From contig CBDCDZ010000004.1 in the NCBI GenBank assembly GCA_965215565.1, positions 2,496,001 through 2,560,000 on the forward strand: 64,000 nucleotides of DNA. The letters are read 5' to 3'. The stretch is from Trueperaceae bacterium (lineage in GTDB: Bacteria; Deinococcota; Deinococci; Deinococcales; Trueperaceae). The position numbers and the translations under genes were made by a program. Below are positions 57,321 through 64,000 of this stretch, piece by piece. The notes under the pieces were generated by a model. The model saw only the letters and a program-made list of their open reading frames with translations, did not search any database and was not told the origin of the DNA. The number at the start of each line of letters is the position of its first letter. Within the stretch, counting starts at the first letter, position 1.

Positions 57321-58088
57321 ATGCCCGGCTCGGTGACAGGTACGGTATCAGGTACGGTGCTCCTGACGGGCGCGACGAGCGGGCTAGGTCTCGAGCTAGC
57401 CCGCCTCTACGCCTCTAAAGGTGCGCCGCTCGTGTTGGTAGGGCGCAAACCCCTCTCTAAGTTGGACGCTTTCTTCACGCCTCAAAACTACTGCCAAGCG
57501 GACCTCTCGCAATCTGGCTCGGTCGACGTCATCCTCGAGTTCCTACAACACGCCCAAATCGACGCGCCCCTGCTCCTCATCCACAACGCGGGCGTCGGGC
57601 TCTACGGCGATGTCGCGGAGCATTCGGAGGGAGAGGTCGAGGCGCTCCTCGAGGTCAACCTCTTCGCCCCCATCGCCCTGACGCACGCACTGAGCGCTCG
57701 CACGAGAAAGGTCGTCTTTATCAGTTCTGTCGTGGCGGACGTACCCGCGCCGGAGTACGCGGCGTACGGCTCCTCCAAAGCGGCTTTAGACGCTCTTGCG
57801 CGGAACTTGCGGCTCGAGGCGAGAGGTGCACCGGAGGTGCAGACCATCCACCCCGGCGCAATCCGTACCGAGATGCACGCGAAGAGCGGCGTGCCCGAAG
57901 GGACGTTCAACGTCGAGCGGTTTCCGAGCGCGGAGAAGGTGGCGGAAGAGGTCTATAGGGCGATTGCGGGTCCTCGCAAAGACGTGACGATCGGCGTGAA
58001 CAACAAAGTGCTGCGCTTCGCGGGTACGTACCTCGCCGGACCTCTTGATAGGTTGATGCGGTACCGGGCGAAGAGGTCTGGAGGGTGA
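57321..58088 (+). CDS. SDR family oxidoreductase
   Basis: TGATSGLG, HNAG, YGSSK motifs. Confidence 0.92.
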   Translation: MPGSVTGTVSGTVLLTGATSGLGLELARLYASKGAPLVLVGRKPLSKLDAFFTPQNYCQADLSQSGSVDVILEFLQHAQIDAPLLLIHNAGVGLYGDVAEHSEGEVEALLEVNLFAPIALTHALSARTRKVVFISSVVADVPAPEYAAYGSSKAALDALARNLRLEARGAPEVQTIHPGAIRTEMHAKSGVPEGTFNVERFPSAEKVAEEVYRAIAGPRKDVTIGVNNKVLRFAGTYLAGPLDRLMRYRAKRSGG

Positions 58089-58855
58089 AGCGGTGCGCGG
58101 TTACGGGTGCGGCGAGTGGTATTGGGCGCGCGCTTGCGGCGGCGTACGTTGCCGAAGGTTTTGAAGTTGTGGGCGTTGACCGTGATGAGAATGGTCTGGC
58201 GGCAGTCGCACAAGAACTCGGGGAGCCGTTCTCTTTCATCCAGGTGGATTTAGGTGAGCGGGAAAGGCTCGAGTCCCTCGCCACCCAACTCGCACAAGGT
58301 TCACCTCTCGATGTCTTCATCCACAGCGCAGGCATCAACCACGTAGGCGCGTTTGTAAACTCGGACCTCTCTCGTCAGCGCTCTGTTTTGGAGGTCAACT
58401 TGAGCGCTCCTCTTCTTCTCACGGCGCACCTGCTCCGCCAAGAGGTCTTGAAGCGCGGCAGTTCACTCGTTTTCATCTCGTCGCTGTCGCACTTTGTCGG
58501 CTACCCCGGCGCGGCGGTCTACGCGGCGAGTAAGTCGGGACTCGCGGCGTACGCGCGGAGCTTGTCGGTAGCGCTCGCGCCGCGAGAGATTCATGTGCTC
58601 ACCGTTTACCCCGGTCCGACGCGCACGCCGCACGCGGCGAAGTATAGCCCAGGCGGGGCTTCAGACAAGCGCCTCGAGTCCCGCCGGATGCCGCCGGATG
58701 TCCTGGCACAAAAGATCGTCCGCGCCGTCCGCGCTAAGCGTCCCGTCCTCGTGCCCGGTCTCAGCAATAAGGTCATGGCGTCCATAGGACGTCTTGCGCC
58801 GGGCGTCACAGGAAGGGTAATGCGGCGCGCAATTTTGGACAAGCTGACGCGCTGA
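58085..58855 (+). CDS. SDR family oxidoreductase
   Basis: TGAASGIG, YAASK motifs; GTGA overlap. Confidence 0.92.
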   Translation: MKRCAVTGAASGIGRALAAAYVAEGFEVVGVDRDENGLAAVAQELGEPFSFIQVDLGERERLESLATQLAQGSPLDVFIHSAGINHVGAFVNSDLSRQRSVLEVNLSAPLLLTAHLLRQEVLKRGSSLVFISSLSHFVGYPGAAVYAASKSGLAAYARSLSVALAPREIHVLTVYPGPTRTPHAAKYSPGGASDKRLESRRMPPDVLAQKIVRAVRAKRPVLVPGLSNKVMASIGRLAPGVTGRVMRRAILDKLTR

Positions 58856-58941
58856 TGTTGCCGCTCGGTGTGTCCATACTCCCCAACAGAACACGTAACG
58901 CGCAGCGTTTTGTCTCGTGAACGAGGTGATATTCTAGCAGC

Positions 58942-60240
58942 GTGGAAAGCACCTTGACGCAAAAAAAACTCGGCAACTGGCAGCAGGTGGTTCTGGACAG
59001 TCTCGAGGCGTACGCCGTCTTCGTTGCCGATACAGACGGAACGATTCTGACGTGGCAACCCGGCGTCGAGAGTATTCTCGGTTACGACGAAGCGTCTTTT
59101 ATCGGACAGAAGCTACATATCATCTATACCCAAGCAGACCGCGACGCGGAACTTCCTGGGCGGGAGATGCATATCGCTCAGCAAACCGGGCGGGTGCAGG
59201 ACGAACGGTGGCACCTCAAAGCGGACGGCAGCCTCTTCTGGGCGCTGGGCATCGTGACGTCGCTTTATGACGACGCGGGCACGCTCATCGGATTCACCAA
59301 GATTATGCGCGACAACACGCAGCGCAAACGCGAAGCGCTTGCGCTGCAGGAGCGGGAGTCGCAGCTCGCATTCGCGCTCGAGGCGGGCGCGTTGGGCACC
59401 TGGAGCCTGGATATGAGAACGGGTCTGCTGCGCTTCGACGCACGCTGCCGCGAACTTCTTGGCGCGCCTAAGCGGGTGCGCTACCAAGAGGTGTTGGAGC
59501 GCATCCATCCTAAAGACCGCGCCGACGTGTGGGGCGCGGTTCGCGCCGCGCTGACCCCCGCGAGCAACGGCACCTTCGAGGTGAGGTTTCGCCCCACCGC
59601 GTTCTACTCACCGCGCTGGCTTCTTGCACAAGGAAAATGCAGCTTCGAGAGGGACGGCACCGCGCACCAGCCGAGGCGCTTTGTCGGTGTGATGAAAGAC
59701 GTCACTGAGCAGACCCAAAAAGAGCAGACGATGGAGCAACTCGCGTATCAAGACGCCCTGACCGAACTCGCAAACCGCCTCTTTTTCGAAAAGCAAGCCG
59801 AGACGCTCCTGGCGCTTGCACGGCGGCACCAACGCAAGATGTACCTCATCTATATCGACTTAGACGGTTTCAAAGAGGTCAATGACACCCAAGGACACGC
59901 CGCTGGCGACGACTTACTCGTGCAGGTGACGCGGCGCTTCAGGGCGAGGGTACGCTCGAGTGACCTTTTGGGGCGTCTAGGCGGCGACGAATTCGTCGCG
60001 CTCGTCGAGGGCGACGTGAGCGCGAGGACGGTAGGGGAGCGTTACTTAGAGACCTTCGCGGAACCCTTCGACGTGCAGGGACGATCTGTCCATATCGGCG
60101 CGAGCATCGGCGTGGCGGAGTATCCCGAGGAGGGCGGCACCTTAGGGGCGCTCATGAGCAGTGCGGACATGGCGATGTACGAAGCGAAACGTTCGGGTGG
60201 CGGCGTCAAAGTCGCCGACTTGCAGCCGTCCGAGCTTTAA
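58942..60240 (+). CDS. PAS-PAS-GGDEF diguanylate cyclase
   Basis: Two PAS/PAC domains; DALTELANR, DLDGFKEVND, RSSD I-site, RLGGDEF. Confidence 0.94.
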   Translation: MESTLTQKKLGNWQQVVLDSLEAYAVFVADTDGTILTWQPGVESILGYDEASFIGQKLHIIYTQADRDAELPGREMHIAQQTGRVQDERWHLKADGSLFWALGIVTSLYDDAGTLIGFTKIMRDNTQRKREALALQERESQLAFALEAGALGTWSLDMRTGLLRFDARCRELLGAPKRVRYQEVLERIHPKDRADVWGAVRAALTPASNGTFEVRFRPTAFYSPRWLLAQGKCSFERDGTAHQPRRFVGVMKDVTEQTQKEQTMEQLAYQDALTELANRLFFEKQAETLLALARRHQRKMYLIYIDLDGFKEVNDTQGHAAGDDLLVQVTRRFRARVRSSDLLGRLGGDEFVALVEGDVSARTVGERYLETFAEPFDVQGRSVHIGASIGVAEYPEEGGTLGALMSSADMAMYEAKRSGGGVKVADLQPSEL

Positions 60241-60299
60241 TCTCTAGGCGTGTCGGTTCCATGTGCGCCCCCGCCCCTTTTCAGATAGACTGTCGTCTA

Positions 60300-60794
60300 A
60301 TGAGTATCCAAACGAGAGTCAGAAGTGCAGCCGTGCAGGTGCTCATCGAGCTACCTGCGAAGCGGCGCAAGTTCGAGCAGATGGCGCAGAAGCTGGAGAC
60401 TTCGGGGCAGCGTTTAGAGGAGCGTCTCGTAAAGGCTGAAGGTACGCCCGAGCAGAAGCGAACGTTGCGTCACATCATCGGCATCGAACGCTGGGGACAG
60501 CGCCGCTTGTGGCTCGCGGTTCGCTACGGCGGCGAGAGCGGCGTGCGCAGCGCCGAAGCCGCCTTCAGCGACGCGCACCACGCCTACAAGCCCGCTGACA
60601 CCGCCACCTGGGATGAACTCATCACCAAATTCGGAACGACGCGCCAAGAAACCGTCAAGTTGGCACGTTATTTGGCGGAGACCGACATTAACGGAACGAC
60701 GCGCGTTCCGCACAACGACTTAGGTCCGCTGAGCTTGCGCGGTTGGTTGCGCTATCTGCGGACTCACGCGACGTTCGAGGGACGGCGGATTTGA
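60300..60794 (+). CDS. DinB-like family protein
   Basis: LRHIIGIERWGQ, HNDLGPLS.RGWLRYL..H pattern; start at ATG 60300 after TAGACT. Confidence 0.7.
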   Translation: MSIQTRVRSAAVQVLIELPAKRRKFEQMAQKLETSGQRLEERLVKAEGTPEQKRTLRHIIGIERWGQRRLWLAVRYGGESGVRSAEAAFSDAHHAYKPADTATWDELITKFGTTRQETVKLARYLAETDINGTTRVPHNDLGPLSLRGWLRYLRTHATFEGRRI

Positions 60795-60895
60795 AAAAGC
60801 AGCAATGAGGAACGAGCAATGAGCAATGAGTGAAAACCTTTAGGCTTTTACTTTCAGCTCATTGCTTTTAACTGTTTGTTCTCATTGCTGTTTTT
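60794..60895. repeat. Heptamer (AGCAATG) hairpin repeat family B, copy 2; probable bidirectional terminator
   Basis: AAAAAGCAGCAATGAGGAACGAGCAATGAGCAATGAG...CTCATTGC...CTCATTGCTGTTTTT between convergent genes. Confidence 0.8.
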
Positions 60896-61430
60896 AAGGA
60901 CAATTATCCGCAATCGGCAGCCACCTAGTCTCAAAGGTCTTCGTGCGCCCCGCCTCGTCCTCCACCTCGAGGTAAAGTTTGCTCTCCCCGATGACGTCGG
61001 GTTCGAAGACGACGATGATGTCTTGCGTTTCTAGGTTCGTTTCCGAGTCCGTCTGCACGGATAAGGGTGCTGCGTAACGAGGAATGGCGTACCTGTCGCG
61101 GATGTAGCCGCGTTCGGACACTTCAACGCTCGAGCTTCTGGGCGTCAACCGCTTCGACTCGGTGACGCCGCCGCGACTCCCCTCTAGGTAGAGCTTCCAG
61201 GAGTCCAAGTCGCCGTCATACGAAAACTCGTACGTCAGGGGCGTTTCTATGTTGTCGCAGATGTAGTTGCGTCCGCTACGGTCGCGGTAGTTGGTAGTGT
61301 AGCGGGCGTCGTAGACCTCGAGCCGTTCCACGTTAGGGCTCGGTGACGGTCCACCATCAACCAACGTGATTTCGCAGCCCGCCAAAAGACCTAGCAGCGC
61401 AAGCAGCAGCCCTATATTGACCCTTCTCAT
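60894..61430 (-). CDS. Hypothetical lipoprotein
   Basis: Lipobox LAGC, GAGG SD; two further Cys (ICDN, DNCP). Confidence 0.8.
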   Translation of the reverse strand: MRRVNIGLLLALLGLLAGCEITLVDGGPSPSPNVERLEVYDARYTTNYRDRSGRNYICDNIETPLTYEFSYDGDLDSWKLYLEGSRGGVTESKRLTPRSSSVEVSERGYIRDRYAIPRYAAPLSVQTDSETNLETQDIIVVFEPDVIGESKLYLEVEDEAGRTKTFETRWLPIADNCP

Positions 61431-61522
61431 TCTTATCGTTCCTCTCCACTTAGCCCAGTTCGTCTCCCTATTTTATGAGCCCAACATGAGCGAGAGGTCG
61501 CGCTTTCATGAAGCGGGGTTTA

Positions 61523-61722
61523 TAGCAGGTATCAAAGGCTGTCTCACTTCGCTCGGAGCTGGTCAGAGTGCGCGAAGCCATTCCCGGAGGGAAGCTTCGT
61601 AAGCGAAGCAACACTCTCACTGTAGAAAACACTGCTCAGCACACACTTTAGGGGATGAGGTTCCGTTACAGCAAACTGTGAAATCCGCGTGATTCGCTTC
61701 TCAGTGCTTCCGATAACCGCTA
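61523..61722 (-). repeat. Repeat family A, copy 4 (longest variant, TA-flanked)
   Basis: Minus strand TAGCGGTT ... AGTGAGAGTGTT ... ACCAGCTCCGAGCGAAGTGAGACAGCCTTTGATACCTGCTA, near-identical to 21690-21730. Confidence 0.8.
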
Positions 61723-61730
61723 TAGTTACA

Positions 61731-62948
61731 TTAGCTTCCAACGAGCCTCGTGGCGACTTCAACCTCTTGCGACTCCAAGGTGCGGTGAACGGGGCAGCGC
61801 TCGGCAATCTCTAAAAGTCGCTCGCGCTGCGTTTCGTCGAGGTCGCCGTAGAGTTTGAGTTCGCGGTCGAAGTGGTCATGTCGGGTGGGTTTGCCATTGC
61901 CGTTCTCGCTTTTGACTTTTTTGTGCTTTACTTCGACTTCGACGGCCTCTAAGGGCCACTCCTTGCGGTCTGCGTACATGCGCAGCGTGATGGAGGTGCA
62001 AGAACTCAGCGCGGCGGCGAGGTAGTCGTACGGCGTCGGTCCGGTGTCGGTGCCGCCCATCGACTCGGGCTCATCCGCTAGGAGCATCTCGCCGTGCGTG
62101 AGCACTTCCGTGCGGAAGGTCTCTTCGGTGCGGGCGACGGTGCGCTTCCTGCCGATGTCGTCCGCCCACGTCGGCTGCGCCCTCTTTTCTGGGCGTGTGT
62201 CCAGATACTTCGCCGCCCACGTCGCGATGACCGCGCCCGCGTAGCAGGAGTCTCTGTCCCTCGTCAAGAGGTGGTCCGCGTTGTCCAGCGACACGAAGCT
62301 CTTGGGGTGCTTAGTGGTGATAAAGATATCCGCCGCGTTCTGCACGCCTACCGTGTTGTCGATGGGCGAATGCAGCACGAGCAGCGCCTTACCCAGTTTA
62401 TGAATAACGCGGCGCATGTGCGAGGTGCGCAGATCGTCCAAAAACTGCTTCTTGATGGTAAAGCCACGCCCCGCGAGCGACACCTCCGCGACGCCCTCGC
62501 GCTCGATCTCTTCGCGGCTACTCTCCAAAAGTTTAGTAACGTGCTCGGGCTCGCTCGGTGCGCCTAGCGTCGCTACAGTTTTCGCCGACGGGACGCGGTG
62601 CGCCGCCTGCAAGACCGCCGCGCCGCCCAGCGAATGCCCGACGAGGAGTTGCGGCGCGTCGTAGTGCTCCTCCAAAAACTCCGCCGCCGCTACCAAATCG
62701 TCCACGTTCGACGAGAAGTTCGTGTCGGCGAAGTCGCCCTCGCTCTCGCCCAGACCCGTAAAGTCGAAGCGCAGCACGGCGATGCCCGCCTCGGCTAAGG
62801 CGCGGCTGATGTTCACGGCGGCGTTTAGGTTCTTCGAGCAGGTGAAGCAGTGGGCGAAGAGCGCGTAGGCTTTGGGCTCGCCTTGCGGCAGCTCGAGCCG
62901 CGCCGCTAGCGTGTCCCCGTGCGCCCCCTTAAAGGTCAGTCGTTTCAT
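61731..62948 (-). CDS. Bifunctional alpha/beta hydrolase / OsmC family protein
   Basis: AHCFTCSK, GHSLGG, DHLL; OsmC domain with ADEP, ALSSCT, CPVHRTL. Confidence 0.93.
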   Translation of the reverse strand: MKRLTFKGAHGDTLAARLELPQGEPKAYALFAHCFTCSKNLNAAVNISRALAEAGIAVLRFDFTGLGESEGDFADTNFSSNVDDLVAAAEFLEEHYDAPQLLVGHSLGGAAVLQAAHRVPSAKTVATLGAPSEPEHVTKLLESSREEIEREGVAEVSLAGRGFTIKKQFLDDLRTSHMRRVIHKLGKALLVLHSPIDNTVGVQNAADIFITTKHPKSFVSLDNADHLLTRDRDSCYAGAVIATWAAKYLDTRPEKRAQPTWADDIGRKRTVARTEETFRTEVLTHGEMLLADEPESMGGTDTGPTPYDYLAAALSSCTSITLRMYADRKEWPLEAVEVEVKHKKVKSENGNGKPTRHDHFDRELKLYGDLDETQRERLLEIAERCPVHRTLESQEVEVATRLVGS

Positions 62949-63079
62949 GTCGGTCTCCTTATGTAAGAGGATGATACAGACTTTGGCTTTGGTCTGTCTC
63001 TATCTTGACACGGGAAGTGGTAGGAAGCTTCTAAATAAGAAGGTTGGAAACCCTGAACACCCAATCACCTGTTGCAAAA

Positions 63080-63721
63080 CTAAATTGATTCTTTCTTCTT
63101 TACGCGCTTTCGTACAAAGGTGTACCAATCCTCAAGATAATTAAACAGCCTTTCAAAACGGTACATCTGTTTCAATGTTTGTTGAAACCAACTTGTAGAT
63201 TTACTCCGACGAATTTTGCGCTGCTTTCGCGCTTCCCCTAATATCTGCGCCCGGTATGTGCCTAAAAGGTAGATGGTTTCACGATTTACATCTTTCTTTG
63301 CTCGACGCAGATCACTTTCTACCCAAAACTTGTCTACTCTTTCTCCTTCAGAAATTTTATTTTTTGCGTTGATAGTGTCTCTGACTGCCAAGTGCAACTG
63401 TGCGATAGCCTGTTCTAAATCTCGAGAAACCGCGAGATTAGGTGAAACCATTATAACGCGCAGTTCAACTTCTAAGATGAATTCATCGAGTCTAGCTCGG
63501 TTCATGTTATTTTCAAGACTTCTCCTAAGGTCAGCAAGAAGCTCCTCCAACTCTTCAAGTTTTTCAATATCATGCTTTCTTAGCGCCTCTTGTATTGCTA
63601 GCTTCTCTTCGTGCCTTCGTCGGCGTGACTCGGTAATATTGCTAAGAAGCCAACTGAGAAATGCACTGAGCACCGCTATGACAGCACCAAACAGATAAAA
63701 TTCCTCACGGCTCATATACAT
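63080..63721 (-). CDS. AT-rich hypothetical protein with N-terminal TM helix and coiled coil
   Basis: Long open frame in low-GC DNA; FYLFGAVIAVLSAFLSWLL TM segment; start set at ATG 63721. Confidence 0.7.
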   Translation of the reverse strand: MYMSREEFYLFGAVIAVLSAFLSWLLSNITESRRRRHEEKLAIQEALRKHDIEKLEELEELLADLRRSLENNMNRARLDEFILEVELRVIMVSPNLAVSRDLEQAIAQLHLAVRDTINAKNKISEGERVDKFWVESDLRRAKKDVNRETIYLLGTYRAQILGEARKQRKIRRSKSTSWFQQTLKQMYRFERLFNYLEDWYTFVRKRVKKKESI

Positions 63722-63725
63722 AAAG

Positions 63726-64000
63726 TTAAGAGTTGTCCTCTTCCGAAGGCGGCAGCTCAGGTGACACTTTTGGGGAGGTGCGCCTAAAGCTAGGTAGTCG
63801 CAAGCGCCACCTCTTCTCATCAGGTGCCTCCAGTTCACCCGCCACCGCTCCGTTCTCTAGCTCCACCTCTTCACCCCGGTTCGTCAACCGCTTAGCGAAC
63901 GCCCGCCCGCGCTCCAACGCCGCGTCATAAAACCCGCGCAAGTCCTCCTGGTCGGGCACCTTGCCCCGCGTCGCCCAGAGCTGCACGCTCTGACCGATGG
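63726..64000 (-). CDS. C-terminal part of a hypothetical protein (partial; possibly YcjF/DUF697-like)
   Basis: Frame open to the window end (IGQSVQLWATRGKVPDQEDLRGFY...); host-like GC. Confidence 0.55.
   Translation of the reverse strand, partial: IGQSVQLWATRGKVPDQEDLRGFYDAALERGRAFAKRLTNRGEEVELENGAVAGELEAPDEKRWRLRLPSFRRTSPKVSPELPPSEEDNS

Noticed and set aside
895..63930. Numerous overlapping antisense and alternate-frame ORFs in the track (e.g. 7822-8673, 10460-11353, 13373-14116, 50571-51296)
   Set aside because: They shadow well-supported genes, are Arg/Ala/Ser-rich without motifs, and are expected in high-GC DNA.
1..64000. CRISPR arrays, tRNA or rRNA genes
   Set aside because: No regularly spaced repeat-spacer array and no cloverleaf or rRNA signature seen; the repeats found are dispersed or hairpin-type.

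Overview
A roughly 60% GC chromosomal window, probably from a Deinococcota (Trueperaceae-like) bacterium. This placement is inferred from gene content, leaderless TANNNT-start architecture and a TACGGATTCCG-ended repeat. Housekeeping genes (sucA, sucB, hemW, rpmB, ftsK, dnaJ) surround a split surface-polysaccharide locus (wzz, ugd, wzx, sulfotransferase, glf, five glycosyltransferases, a Wzy/ligase, and a distant WbaP plus GT4). Also present are a Hen1-Pnkp RNA repair operon, a PA14-TolC-TolC-adaptor cluster with no inner-membrane pump, a hicBA pair, two IS elements and several small dispersed repeat families. The standout is an intact IS110 element (34238-35361) whose bridge RNA can be decoded from the sequence. 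Its target guides match a site inside a dispersed TA-flanked MITE-like repeat, with an empty copy at 5969-5986. Its donor guides match its own circle junction, and that junction would create a TTGACA-N18-TATATT promoter. No rRNA, tRNA or CRISPR array was found.
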